DNA of 38,092 nt, counting the filler, from Dehalococcoidia bacterium (lineage in GTDB: Bacteria; Chloroflexota; Dehalococcoidia; DSTF01; JACRBR01), in assembly GCA_041494685.1 (NCBI GenBank). It is 11 parts of 11 records of this genome, joined end to end, with 100 filler letters (N's around TTAATTAATTAA, not from the genome) between each part and the next. Parts side by side here need not be neighbours in the genome. Positions count along the whole stretch, not along the records: positions 26,734 to 29,182 come from JBGQBE010000083.1; positions 29,283 to 31,536 come from JBGQBE010000084.1; positions 31,637 to 33,775 come from JBGQBE010000085.1; positions 33,876 to 35,959 come from JBGQBE010000086.1; positions 36,060 to 38,092 come from JBGQBE010000087.1; 6 more parts are not named here. The stretch is one strand, 5' to 3'. Each line of letters starts with the position of its first letter. The first letter of the stretch is position 1. Both the position numbers and the translations under genes were made by a program. The notes under the pieces are model-generated. The model had not been told where the DNA came from and did not search any database. It worked only from the letters and a program-made list of their open reading frames with translations. Positions 28,923 through 38,092 of the stretch are shown here, piece by piece.

Positions 28923-28950
28923 CCGTCGGTTCGGGATCCCGAACCGACGG
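28923..28950. repeat. Perfect 28-bp palindrome between convergent genes
   Basis: CCGTCGGTTCGGGA|TCCCGAACCGACGG. Confidence 0.8.
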
Positions 28951-28967
28951 GCCGAAGGCGCCGCCCG

Positions 28968-29182
28968 CTACGGCGCTCCGGATGCCACCGCCGCCTCTGT
29001 CACCGGCGACGGCGGCCTCGGATCGACCATCACGTTGAGGCAAGCCGGACGGCCGGAGGCAAAGGCGCGTTCCAGAGCCGCACCCACCTGCAGTGGGTCC
29101 TCGACCATCTCGGCGTAGACGCCGAAGCCCTCCGCCGCGCGGTCGTAGCGCACCGGGCCCAGCTCCGAAGCGAGGATCTTTA
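28968..29182 (-). CDS. TPP-binding enzyme (acetolactate synthase-like), C-terminal fragment
   Basis: VRYDRAAEGFG...ALERAFASGRPACLNVMVDP. Confidence 0.8.
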
Positions 29183-29282
29183 NNNNNNNNNNNNNNNNNN
29201 NNNNNNNNNNNNNNNNNNNNNNNNNNTTAATTAATTAANNNNNNNNNNNNNNNNNNNNNNNNNNNNNNNNNNNNNNNNNNNN

Positions 29283-29504
29283 AAGCTCGCCGAGCTCCCG
29301 GAGGCCGAGCGCGCGGAACGCCGGAAGCAGCTGGAGGACGAGTACCGCGAGGATGTCGACCTCTACAAGCTGGCAGCGAACCTGATCGTGGACGACGTCG
29401 TCGAGCCTGACCGCCTCCGAGACGAGCTGATCAAGCGGTTTCACGCCTACTCGACGAAGACGTCGACGCGTCCAAACCGCAAGCACGGAGTCCCGCCGGT
29501 CTAG
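29283..29504 (+). CDS. Acyl-CoA carboxylase beta (carboxyltransferase) subunit, C-terminal fragment
   Basis: My translation ...EYREDVDLYKLAANLIVDDVVEPDRLRDEL...RKHGVPPV*. Confidence 0.85.
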   Translation, partial: KLAELPEAERAERRKQLEDEYREDVDLYKLAANLIVDDVVEPDRLRDELIKRFHAYSTKTSTRPNRKHGVPPV

Positions 29505-29516
29505 CTCCCTGCCGCG

Positions 29517-30077
29517 ATGGAGACTCTCTATTTCAAAACCCCTGCCCAGTTCCGGGCCTGGCTGACAAAGAATCACGCCACCGCGAACGAGGTGGGTGTC
29601 GTCCTTCATCGCAAAGGATCCGGCAAGCCGAGCGTGACGTGGTCGGAGGCGGTGGACGAGGCCCTCTGCTTTGGCTGGATCGACAGCGTCGCGCGCAGGC
29701 TCGACGAGACCAGCCGGGTTCAGCGCTTCACCCCGCGGAAGCCGAAGAGCAACTGGAGCGCCGTCAACATCAAGAAGGTCGGCGAGCTCACCGCGCGCGG
29801 ACTCATGACACCGGCCGGGCTGGCGGCGTTTGCGCGAAGGGACGAGGCGCGCTCGCGGGTGTACTCCTACGAGAACCGCCACCTGGCGACCCTCGACCCT
29901 GAGCGCGGGGCCCTATTTCAGGCCGATGCGGCGGCGTGGGAGTTCTTCAGCAAGCAGGCACCCTCCTACCGGCAGACGGCGATCTACTGGGTGATGAACG
30001 CCCGGCGGGAAGAGACACGGACGAGGCGGCTTGGGCGCCTGATCGACGTGTCCACCCATGGCCGGCGTCTTCTGTGA
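29517..30077 (+). CDS. YdeI/OmpD-associated family protein
   Basis: FRAWLTKNH, EAVDEALCFGWIDS, FTPRKPKSNWSAVN, GLMTPAGL. Confidence 0.92.
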   Translation: METLYFKTPAQFRAWLTKNHATANEVGVVLHRKGSGKPSVTWSEAVDEALCFGWIDSVARRLDETSRVQRFTPRKPKSNWSAVNIKKVGELTARGLMTPAGLAAFARRDEARSRVYSYENRHLATLDPERGALFQADAAAWEFFSKQAPSYRQTAIYWVMNARREETRTRRLGRLIDVSTHGRRLL

Positions 30078-30092
30078 AGCGCTCCCAGGCCC

Positions 30093-30770
30093 TCAGCCGG
30101 CGCGGTGGTAGGGCACGGCGTAGTGGAAGACGACCACGTAGAACGTGACGCTGGCGCTGATCACCGCCAGGTGAAACAGCTCGTGGTACCCGAAGACCCG
30201 CGGCCACAGCTTCGGTTTCTTGGTCGCGTAGAACGCGGCGCCGATCGAGTACTGGATGCCGCCCAGCGCGATCAGGGCGGCGGCGATCCACCCCAGTGCC
30301 GCCGTCAGCGGGGCGAACGCCACGACGGCCACCCAGCCCATCGAGACGTACATGACCGTCAGCACACGCCGCGGGATGCGCAGGAACGGCGCCGCGCCGG
30401 CGGCCCCGACGATCGCGCAGGTCCAGACCGCGGCCAGCACGCCGATCCGCCACCATCCGTTCAGCACGTTGAAGACGAGAGGCGTGTACGTGGCCGCGAT
30501 GAAAACGAAGATGGTCGCGTGGTCGGCGCGCCGGAGCCACGCCCGCACCGCCGGGGGCCAGTTGAAGATGTGATACGTCCCGCTGACCGCGAACAGAAGG
30601 ATGAGACCGCCTCCGTAGATGATCATCGACACGAGCTTGGCGCGGTCCTGCCAGGTGGTCACGATCAGCGCCACCAGGCCCGCGATGGCGACGAGCGTCG
30701 CCACGCCGTGGGACCAACCGCGGAGAAGAGGTTTGACGGGGGCCTGGGTGTCGATCATGACCCGATCCAT
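30093..30770 (-). CDS. Hemolysin III / PAQR family membrane protein
   Basis: KPLLRGWSH, SGTYH, RRADHATIFVFIAATYTP, FGYHELFH. Confidence 0.92.
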   Translation of the reverse strand: MDRVMIDTQAPVKPLLRGWSHGVATLVAIAGLVALIVTTWQDRAKLVSMIIYGGGLILLFAVSGTYHIFNWPPAVRAWLRRADHATIFVFIAATYTPLVFNVLNGWWRIGVLAAVWTCAIVGAAGAAPFLRIPRRVLTVMYVSMGWVAVVAFAPLTAALGWIAAALIALGGIQYSIGAAFYATKKPKLWPRVFGYHELFHLAVISASVTFYVVVFHYAVPYHRAG

Positions 30771-30791
30771 CGTACGAGTGCGACGGGAGCT

Positions 30792-31526
30792 CTATAAGAG
30801 GCGCACCAGCACCAGGCCGGCGCCAAGTGCGAGGACGCCCCACGCGAACGCGCGCAGCGCGAGCTCCAGCGGACGCAGCAGCACCGACTCGTCGAGGTCG
30901 ATGCGCGATCCGTCGTCCAGCGTCACCACGCCAGCCACCGAGCGGCTGCGCCTGCGCAGGAGGCGGGCCGGGGTGCTCAGGCTTCGCTGGCCGTAGGAGA
31001 TCGCGTAAGCCGCAGCCGCGACGAGCACCACGCCGAGCGAGATGCGGCCGGTCTGCGCGAAGTAGGCGGTGAGGACGGGGAACGCACCCCACGAAAGCGC
31101 AAACCAGAAGTCACCGTGGAGGCGCCCACCCAAAAGCTCGAGGTTGTAGGCGACGACGAACAGCACTCCAAGCGCGATGAAGGGGACGAGGCCGATGCCG
31201 ACCCGGCTCACGCCGGCCACGCCAAGGGCGACGGCTGCGAGCAGCCCGACGACCGCGGCGCCGGCCAGCACCGGACCGCGGATCTCGGTCCGCAGCGGCC
31301 GGCCGTGGAGCTCATCCAGCGCGTGCGCCGAGATGCCGACCGCGAAGAAGAACGCCAGCAGGGTCGCAGCCAGCCGCGTCACGTCGATCGAGGGCGCAAG
31401 GCCGGCGCCGATCAGCACGTAGGAGAGATGCCAGGCGGTGTAGGGCGGGTGCAGCAGCGCCAGCACATCACGGCGCAACCCGCCGGTTCGCGGCGTGTAG
31501 TAGGCGGGCGCGAGGGAGTCACGCAT
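30792..31526 (-). CDS. Integral membrane protein, UbiA-prenyltransferase-like
   Basis: Multiple TM helices; LHPPYT, AHALDELHGRP, AYNLEL, FALSWGAFP. Confidence 0.65.
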   Translation of the reverse strand: MRDSLAPAYYTPRTGGLRRDVLALLHPPYTAWHLSYVLIGAGLAPSIDVTRLAATLLAFFFAVGISAHALDELHGRPLRTEIRGPVLAGAAVVGLLAAVALGVAGVSRVGIGLVPFIALGVLFVVAYNLELLGGRLHGDFWFALSWGAFPVLTAYFAQTGRISLGVVLVAAAAYAISYGQRSLSTPARLLRRRSRSVAGVVTLDDGSRIDLDESVLLRPLELALRAFAWGVLALGAGLVLVRLL

Positions 31527-31636
31527 GCCTGGTCCCNNNNNNNNNNNNNNNNNNNNNNNNNNNNNNNNNNNNNNNNNNNNTTAATTAATTAANNNNNNNN
31601 NNNNNNNNNNNNNNNNNNNNNNNNNNNNNNNNNNNN

Positions 31637-32814
31637 CCGCCGCCGACATTCAAGACGCGCGCGCCGCCCGCCGCCGCGTCATCCACGAGCTTCTTGAGCC
31701 ACTGCGGCTTGTCGTCCTCCGGTAGCGGCGTGATCTGCACGCCGTCCTCCCACGGCATTCCCACGCTGAGCGCGCCGACGGCGTCGGTCAGCCGCCGGCA
31801 GAAGTCTGCGGCGACGCTGCGGTGCACGAAGATGATCTTGATCGCCGTGCAGCGCTGGCCGTTGAACGACAGCGCCCCGAGCACGCATTCCTTGACCGCG
31901 AGGTCGAGGTCCGCGTCCGGCGTGACGACCGCCGGGTTCTTCGCCTCCAGCCCCAGCACGCAGCGCAGCCGGTTTGGCTGCGGGTGCTGATGCTTCAGGA
32001 GTGCGGCGACCTTCGCCGAGCCGATGAAGGCGAGCACGTCGACGCCGCTGCTCTCCATCAACGGCCCGGCGACGATGCGCCCTTCGCCGCAGACCGTGTT
32101 GACGACCCCGGGCGGGAACGAATCCGCAAATGCCTGGAGCAGCGGCGCGTGCAGCAGCACGCCGTGCTTCGGCGGCTTGAAAACTACCGTGTTGCCCATG
32201 ATGAGCGCGGGGATGAGCGTGGTGAACGTCTCGTTGAGCGGGTAGTTGTACGGGCCCATGCACAGAACGACGCCCAGCGGGCTGCGGCGGATCTGGGCGA
32301 CGAAGCCCTGTTCGACGGCGAAGCGCGAGCTGGTGCGGTCCAGCTCCTTGAGAGCCTGGATCGTGTCGCGGACGTAATCGACCGTGCGGTCGAATTCCCT
32401 GCGGGCATCGGGCAGCGTCTTGCCGATTTCCCACATCAGCAGGCGGACGACCTCGTCGCGGACGGCCACCACGCGCGGGAGGAACTCCTCGACATGACGT
32501 ATGCGTTCGGCCACCGACATCGTCGGCCACGTGCCGCAGCCGTGGTCGTACGCCCTCTGTGCCGCCGCCAGGGCCTCACGCGCCTCCGCGGCGGTCATCA
32601 GCGGGTAGTGGCCCAGCACGTACCGGCGCAGGCTCCCGCCTTCGCCCACGCACACGGGCGAGACGGCCTCCTGGCACGGACCATTCCAGGTCCGCACGCG
32701 GCCGTCGATCAGATAACGCGCGCCGTCTTTGTAGTACGGCAGACGCATGTCCGGTGGGACCTGCTCCAGCGAATCGGGAAAGACGCGTGCAGGCGCACTC
32801 ACTTTCGTAGGCAT
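31637..32814 (-). CDS. gapN: NADP-dependent non-phosphorylating glyceraldehyde-3-phosphate dehydrogenase (ALDH family), 3'-truncated
   Basis: GPYNYPLNE, FKPP, AFIGS, GLEAKN, SFNGQRCTA. Confidence 0.8.
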
Positions 32815-32890
32815 GGCAATCGCCTCGTCCAACCATCGCTCGCGACGGCTCGGCAGGAGCCTCGCCCTCCCACGCCGACCACGCGGGCCA

Positions 32891-33775
32891 CTACACAACC
32901 GGGTTTGGCGGCTCGCGGCCTTGGAGCACCGCCAGCACGTTCTCGGCGGTCATCTGTGACATCTTCTGCCGTGTCGCCGTCGTCCCGCTGCCGAGATGCG
33001 GCAGCAGCACGACATTGGGCAGGTCCGTGAGGCCGGGGGTCAGGCGCGGCTCGTGCTCATAGACATCGAAGCCCGCGCCGGCGATCCGGCGGTTCCGCAG
33101 CGCCTCGACCAGCGCCGCCTCGTCCACCACCGGCCCGCGGGCGGTGTTGATCAGGATTGCGGTCGGCTTCATCGCCGCCAGCTCCGGCGCTCCGATTAGG
33201 TGCCGCGTCTGCGGCGTGAGCGGGACGTGCAGCGAGACCACGTCGGCGGCCTGGAGCAACTCGGGCAGCGCGACGCGCTGCGCGTGCACGCGCTGTTCCA
33301 GCTCGGCGCACGGCTGACCATCGACATAGAGCACGTGCATGTTGAACCCGAGCGAGCGCAGGCCGACCGCGGTGCCGATGCGGCCCGCGCCGACGAGCCC
33401 CAGCGTCGCGCCGCTGAGCTGCAGCCCGAGGAATTGCAGCGGTGCCCAGCCGGTCCACTTTCCCGCGCGAACCAGCCGGTCCCCCTCGACGACCCGCCGG
33501 GCCGTGGCCAGGATCAGCGTCCACGCCAGGTCCGCGGTGGCGTCCGTCAGCACACCCGGTGTGTTCGTGACGCGTACGCCGCGCTCTTTGCAGGCCGCCA
33601 GGTCGATGTTGTCGAACCCGACCGCGAAGTTGGCGACGACGCGGAGCGCTGGCCCGGTGGCATCGAGCAGGGCGGCGTCGATGCGCTCGCTGAGCATCGT
33701 GATCATCCCCGCAACACCGGGGACGCGCCGCAACAGTTCATCGCGGGTCGGCGGATCGTCCTGATCGACGAGATC
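32891..33775 (-). CDS. D-2-hydroxyacid dehydrogenase (glyoxylate reductase/D-glycerate dehydrogenase), 5'-truncated
   Basis: AVGFDNID, TNTPGVLTDATAD, GAGRIG, INTARGPVVDE, DVYEHEP, PHLGS. Confidence 0.93.
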   Translation of the reverse strand, partial: DLVDQDDPPTRDELLRRVPGVAGMITMLSERIDAALLDATGPALRVVANFAVGFDNIDLAACKERGVRVTNTPGVLTDATADLAWTLILATARRVVEGDRLVRAGKWTGWAPLQFLGLQLSGATLGLVGAGRIGTAVGLRSLGFNMHVLYVDGQPCAELEQRVHAQRVALPELLQAADVVSLHVPLTPQTRHLIGAPELAAMKPTAILINTARGPVVDEAALVEALRNRRIAGAGFDVYEHEPRLTPGLTDLPNVVLLPHLGSGTTATRQKMSQMTAENVLAVLQGREPPNPVV

Positions 33776-33876
33776 NNNNNNNNNNNNNNNNNNNNNNNNN
33801 NNNNNNNNNNNNNNNNNNNTTAATTAATTAANNNNNNNNNNNNNNNNNNNNNNNNNNNNNNNNNNNNNNNNNNNNC

Positions 33877-34320
33877 GACGAGGAGCTGGCCTGCCTGATC
33901 GCCGACGACTACTGGGCGCGGCGGGCCGTCGAGATCGTGCCTTACCCAGGGGCGATGGAGGTGCTGGAGACGGTCCGCTCGCGCGGGATACGGATGGCGC
34001 TGCTGACGAACGGTGAGGCGAAGAACCAGCGCCGCAGCGTCGAGCGGTTCGGGCTGGAACGCTACTTCGACTGCATCGTCATCGAGGGAGAGTTCGGCAC
34101 CGGGAAGCCGGATGAGCGCGTGTTCCGCCACGCGCTGGCGGCAACGGGTTGTGAGCCGGCGCGGGCGTGGATGGTCGGCGACAACCTGGAGGCCGACATC
34201 GAGACGCCGGTGCGGCTGGGCATACGCGCCATCTGGATCGACGAGTCCGGCAACGGCCTGCCAGCGGACGCCGCCATCCGCCCGCACCGCACCATCCGCT
34301 CCGTCACCGAGTTGATGTAG
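33877..34320 (+). CDS. HAD-superfamily hydrolase, 5'-truncated
   Basis: LLTNG, GKPDERVF, MVGDNLEADI. Confidence 0.9.
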   Translation, partial: DEELACLIADDYWARRAVEIVPYPGAMEVLETVRSRGIRMALLTNGEAKNQRRSVERFGLERYFDCIVIEGEFGTGKPDERVFRHALAATGCEPARAWMVGDNLEADIETPVRLGIRAIWIDESGNGLPADAAIRPHRTIRSVTELM

Positions 34321-34376
34321 CGGGCGTCAAGGTTCAGGCTGGCGCCGCTGCGGCGGTGGTACATACAATGGCCGAC

Positions 34377-34610
34377 ATGGACACGTCGAGCTTCCACGTC
34401 ATCAAGAACGGCATAATCTACGAACTCCGTGAGGAGCCGGAGGGCGGATTCACGATCAACGTGCCCGCGCTGCCCGGCTGCATCAGCTTCGGCGACACGT
34501 TCGAGGAAGCGATGACGATGATCGCGGAGGCCATGGAGCTGTGGCTAGAGGTAGCGCGCGAACAAGGGTTCGCTATTCCAGCGCAGTTTGAGCTTCAAGA
34601 AGCATCCTGA
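34377..34610 (+). CDS. hicB: HicB-family antitoxin (short, no DNA-binding domain)
   Basis: EPEGGFTINVPALPGCISFGDTFEEAMTMIAEAMELWLE. Start is ATG 34377 or 34368. Confidence 0.88.
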   Translation: MDTSSFHVIKNGIIYELREEPEGGFTINVPALPGCISFGDTFEEAMTMIAEAMELWLEVAREQGFAIPAQFELQEAS

Positions 34611-34706
34611 CCCCTCCCCGTAGATTCCACGACGATGGCGACACTTCACCTAGGCACTTAACCTGTTATAACTTGTCGGAATCTATTCCCGGCGTAGTAT
34701 GGGCGC

Positions 34707-34937
34707 ATGCCGACACCGCGAATGCCCGCCCTCCGTGCGGAACGCATCGTCCGCGCACTTGAAGCCTGTGGATTCGTGGTGACGCGCCAGCGTGGCAGCC
34801 ATGTCGTCTTGACCAAGCCGGGATTGCGCCGACCCGTTGTCGTCGCACGGCGCAACCGGGAACTGCCGCCGGGAACGGTAGCCGACATCGTCGCCCAAGC
34901 CGGCGTTTCCGCGGAAGAATTCCTCAAGTACGTGTAG
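34707..34937 (+). CDS. hicA: HicA-family mRNA interferase toxin
   Basis: IVRALEACGF..RQRGSHVVL...ELPPGTVADIVAQAGVS.EEF. Confidence 0.9.
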   Translation: MPTPRMPALRAERIVRALEACGFVVTRQRGSHVVLTKPGLRRPVVVARRNRELPPGTVADIVAQAGVSAEEFLKYV

Positions 34938-35008
34938 CCACCGCTCGCAAGCTAACGGCTTGCCGCCAACCACAAACTGCCAACTGCAAACTGCCCACCG
35001 CCACTTCC

Positions 35009-35959
35009 CTACGCGGGCAGCTCCTCCGCCGCGTTCAGTTCCTCGATGGCGGCGGTCGTGCGCGCGAGCCACGCGTTGAACAGCCGCAGGCCGCGCTCGT
35101 TCGCGAAGTCGAACGTGCCCAGCGAGATGACCACGTACATGAACGTGTACAGCGCCATGCGCCGGTACTCGCGCCAGCACTGCTCGAAGCTGTACCCCGT
35201 CACGCCGTTCTCGACCAGGATGTCGTGGTAGAGCCTGAGCAGCCGCTCCTCGTTCGCTTTGCGGATAGGCGCGTCGAGGCCGCCGCACAGCAGGTACGCC
35301 ACGTCGAAGACGCCACGACCGCGGGCCGCGATCTGCCAGTCGACGACGGCGAACGGCGCGCCGCCCTGCGGCGACGCGAAGAAGAGGTTATCCGTGCGAT
35401 AGTCGCCGTGGACGATCGTGTGCGGGCGGTCGGCGATCGACGTCTGGAGCTTGACGATCCGCGTGGAGATCTTCTCCGCCGTTTCGCGCATCGCGGGCGA
35501 GAGGCGATCGCCGAAGTTCTGGATGAACGGCTCCCACGCCTGCTGGTAGGCCCCTTCCGCCGACTGGTGCACCGGCGCATCGATCATCGGCATCCATTCG
35601 GCGAGCTCCTCAAGGCGCGGGTGCTCCCACCACGTCGCGTGGAACTTGGCGATCTGTCGGATCGAGAGCTCCGCCTCTTCCAGCGTGCATCCCGCCGCGT
35701 GATCGCCGACGACGGCGGGCGCGAGATCCTCGATCAGCAGGATGTACTCCTGCGTGTCGCGGTTCATCGCCGCGTAGTACAGCTTCGGCGTGCGCAACTC
35801 GACCTCGTCAGCGATCTCCGTGTAGAAGCGGATCTCGCGGTGGTAGAAGTCGAAGAGGTTGCCGACGTAGCGCCCCATCTCGCTGGCGGCCGGGAACTTC
35901 GCCAGCAGCGACGCGGGCGCGCCCTCCTCCGGCCGGTCGTACGTGAGCGAGACGATCGC
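35009..35959 (-). CDS. Phosphotransferase (EcKinase/APH-choline-kinase-like), 5'-truncated
   Basis: REIRFY, LLIEDL, HGDYRTDNLFF, VVDWQ, DVAY. Confidence 0.88.
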   Translation of the reverse strand, partial: AIVSLTYDRPEEGAPASLLAKFPAASEMGRYVGNLFDFYHREIRFYTEIADEVELRTPKLYYAAMNRDTQEYILLIEDLAPAVVGDHAAGCTLEEAELSIRQIAKFHATWWEHPRLEELAEWMPMIDAPVHQSAEGAYQQAWEPFIQNFGDRLSPAMRETAEKISTRIVKLQTSIADRPHTIVHGDYRTDNLFFASPQGGAPFAVVDWQIAARGRGVFDVAYLLCGGLDAPIRKANEERLLRLYHDILVENGVTGYSFEQCWREYRRMALYTFMYVVISLGTFDFANERGLRLFNAWLARTTAAIEELNAAEELPA

Positions 35960-36060
35960 NNNNNNNNNNNNNNNNNNNNNNNNNNNNNNNNNNNNNNNNN
36001 NNNTTAATTAATTAANNNNNNNNNNNNNNNNNNNNNNNNNNNNNNNNNNNNNNNNNNNNC

Positions 36061-36114
36061 CTCGTCGTCGACCTCATGTACGCGGTCGTCGACCCGCGCA
36101 TCCGGTACAGCTGA
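36061..36114 (+). CDS. ABC peptide permease OppB/DppB, C-terminal tip
   Basis: LVVDLMYAVVDPRIRYS*; its stop overlaps the oppC ATG. Confidence 0.8.
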   Translation, partial: LVVDLMYAVVDPRIRYS

Positions 36115-37052
36115 TGGCAACTTCGAACGCGGCGGCAGCCGCGGAGCCCGTCTTCGAAGATCAGATCCTGTCCGGCCGCCAGCGCGGCCTCTGGATCGAC
36201 GCCTGGCGCAGGCTGATCAAGAACCGGCTTGCAGTAGCCGCGCTGATCCTCATCGGCACGATGGCCTTTGTCGCCTTCGTCGCGGCGCAGGTCGGGCCGC
36301 TTGCCCGCTACGAGCCACAAGCGCTCCATCCCCTCGACAAGCAGTTCGGGCCGTCCATGGACTACTGGTTCGGCACCGACCAGCTCGGCCGCGACCTGTT
36401 CGCGCGCGCCGCCGAGGGGACGCGCATCTCGCTCGAGATCGGTCTCGGCGCGCAGCTGGTGGTGCTGCTCGTCGGCTTCTCCGTCGGCGCGTCCGCCGCG
36501 CTTGGCGGCAAATGGTCCGACAACGTCTTCATGCGTTTCGCGGACATCATGTACTCCATCCCCGATCTCCTCGCGATCATCATGCTGCGCTCAGTCCTGA
36601 TCGGCCACAATTGGCCCGTCGTTACGAACAAACGGATGATCATCATCCTGGCGATCGGACTCGTGCAGTGGACCACGATCGCCCGCCTGATCCGCGGCCA
36701 GATGCTCTCGCTGGCAGAGCGCGACTTCGTGCTGGCGGCACGCGCGATGGGCGCACCCAAGTGGCGCATCGTCACGCAGCACATGCTGCCGAACACCCTC
36801 GGCCCCGTGATCGTGGCGCTCACCTTCGGCATCCCGGCGGCCATCTTCGCCGAGGCGACGCTCGGGTTCTTGGGCCTGGGTCTGCCGCCGCCCGCCGCCA
36901 GCCTTGGCATCCTCGTCAGCGACGGCTATGGCCGGATCGAACGTAACGTCTGGAACGTCGTCTTCCCCGCAGGCGCGATCGCTATGCTGATGCTCGGTTT
37001 CACGTTCATCGGCGATGGCCTGCGCGACGCGCTGGATCCGCGCACGCGCTAG
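36114..37052 (+). CDS. ABC peptide permease OppC/DppC
   Basis: FGTDQLGRDLF, ARLIRGQMLSL.ERDFVLAARAMGA, EATLGFLGLG, GDGLRDALDPR. Confidence 0.95.
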   Translation: MATSNAAAAAEPVFEDQILSGRQRGLWIDAWRRLIKNRLAVAALILIGTMAFVAFVAAQVGPLARYEPQALHPLDKQFGPSMDYWFGTDQLGRDLFARAAEGTRISLEIGLGAQLVVLLVGFSVGASAALGGKWSDNVFMRFADIMYSIPDLLAIIMLRSVLIGHNWPVVTNKRMIIILAIGLVQWTTIARLIRGQMLSLAERDFVLAARAMGAPKWRIVTQHMLPNTLGPVIVALTFGIPAAIFAEATLGFLGLGLPPPAASLGILVSDGYGRIERNVWNVVFPAGAIAMLMLGFTFIGDGLRDALDPRTR

Positions 37053-37522
37053 CGCTTCGGCGCTCGCATCAGCTCCGCCGCCAGCGTCTCGTAGCGTGCG
37101 CCGCGCGGCTCGATCTCGATCGTCCGCGTGCGCGCCGCGCCGTACGCCAGCCGCACGAGCAGGTGATCCTCCGGCAGCTCCCCGGGAGCCCGCTCCGGCC
37201 ACTCGATAACCAGCACGCCGCGCGCCGCCAGCTCGTCCAGCGCCAGCTCCGCCACCTGCGCCGGATCTTCCAGCCGGTACAGGTCGGCGTGGTATAGCCG
37301 CAGCGCTCGCCCGTCGTACTCGTTCATGATCACGAACGACGAGCTCTTGATCGGCTCCGTCACCCCCAGCCCGCGCCCGATGCCCTGCGCCAGCACCGTC
37401 TTCCCCGCGCCCAGCTCGCCCGAGAGCAGCACGACGTCGCCCGCGCGCAGCATCCGCCCGATGCGCTCGCCCAGGCGGCGCGTCGCGGCGGGCGTCGCGG
37501 CCTGCAGCGTCCACCCGCTCAC
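37049..37522 (-). CDS. tsaE: t6A tRNA modification ATPase TsaE
   Basis: LSGELGAGKT, IKSSSFVIMNEY, HADLYRL, IEW. Confidence 0.95.
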   Translation of the reverse strand: MSGWTLQAATPAATRRLGERIGRMLRAGDVVLLSGELGAGKTVLAQGIGRGLGVTEPIKSSSFVIMNEYDGRALRLYHADLYRLEDPAQVAELALDELAARGVLVIEWPERAPGELPEDHLLVRLAYGAARTRTIEIEPRGARYETLAAELMRAPKR

Positions 37523-38092
37523 GGCGACGGCTCCGCGCGCAGGTGATCCCAGCCGCGCACGGCCAGCGCCACCTCCACGCCGTCGCGCAGCACGCGCACG
37601 CCGCGCGGCTCCGCGACGATACGGCCGATGATGCGCACACCGGCATGCTGTTCGCGCACGCGCGCGATCGCCGCGTCCGTCGCGATCAGGAGCAACTCGT
37701 AGTCTTCGCCGCCGCCCGCCGCCATCGCGAAGGCCCGCTCCGCGTCGATGGCGCCGCGCGCCACCAGTCCCTCCAGCGCCGGGTCGAGCGGCACGCCGTA
37801 CAGCTCCGCGCCACAGCCGCTCGCCTCGCAGACGTGGCCCAGGTCCTGCACCAGCCCGTCGCTCACGTCGATCCCGCAGCGCACGCCGGCCGCCAGCGCC
37901 GCCAGTCCCTCCGCAATGCGCGGCTGCGGGCGCGCGTGGCGCGCGATAGCGTCGCGCACGTCCGCCCGCGCCGCGTCCAGATCGTGTTGCAGCGCGTACA
38001 GGCCGGCGGCGGAGCCGCCCAGCGGCCCCGTCACCGCGATGGCGTCGCCGGGGCGCGCCGCGTCGCGGCGCAGGACGTCCGGCGCGCCGTCC
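37519..38092 (-). CDS. thiL: Thiamine-monophosphate kinase, 5'-truncated
   Basis: VTGPLG, IDVSDGLVQDLGHVCEASG, GGEDYELL, C-terminal GWDH. Confidence 0.92.
   Translation of the reverse strand, partial: DGAPDVLRRDAARPGDAIAVTGPLGGSAAGLYALQHDLDAARADVRDAIARHARPQPRIAEGLAALAAGVRCGIDVSDGLVQDLGHVCEASGCGAELYGVPLDPALEGLVARGAIDAERAFAMAAGGGEDYELLLIATDAAIARVREQHAGVRIIGRIVAEPRGVRVLRDGVEVALAVRGWDHLRAEPSP

Noticed and set aside
30093..30770. Hemolysin III as a virulence toxin
   Set aside because: PAQR-family membrane proteins are widespread housekeeping proteins; the name alone is not evidence.

Overview
This window is not one continuous locus. It is 11 unrelated high-GC bacterial contig fragments joined by 100-nt artificial spacers (N-runs around the all-frame stop linker TTAATTAATTAA), so gene context is only valid within each fragment. 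Gene content suggests Chloroflexota/Actinomycetota-like soil or sediment bacteria, possibly several organisms. Most fragments are housekeeping or metabolic: the 3' end of an rRNA operon, a two-component pair, alkA, a rhodanese/hotdog operon, a peroxiredoxin, a GH51 enzyme, a pgsA/pimA-like lipid operon, recG, glyA, cheA, mazG, gapN, oppC, tsaE and thiL. Main points of interest: (1) a PrdB/GrdB-family selenoprotein that the ORF caller split at an in-frame UGA (U-P-E-C motif) followed by a bacterial SECIS-like hairpin, with no reductase partner genes beside it; (2) an orphan 242-aa protein made of two tandem copies of an unrecognised C-x2-H...C-x2-C...WW putative zinc-binding module; (3) a structured, pseudoknot-capable, switch-like 5' leader between a clear sigma70 promoter and glyA that does not match riboswitch classes I recognise; (4) an RqlH/RqlI-type RecQ-PRTase + DprA/SLOG pair of foreign-looking composition directly behind the 5S rRNA; (5) an initiator tRNA between the 23S and 5S genes; (6) a CheA with tandem MshEN c-di-GMP motifs; (7) a hicB-hicA locus in which the toxin appears to have its own promoter; (8) a PHP phosphoesterase in a PIP-synthase/PimA-like operon.
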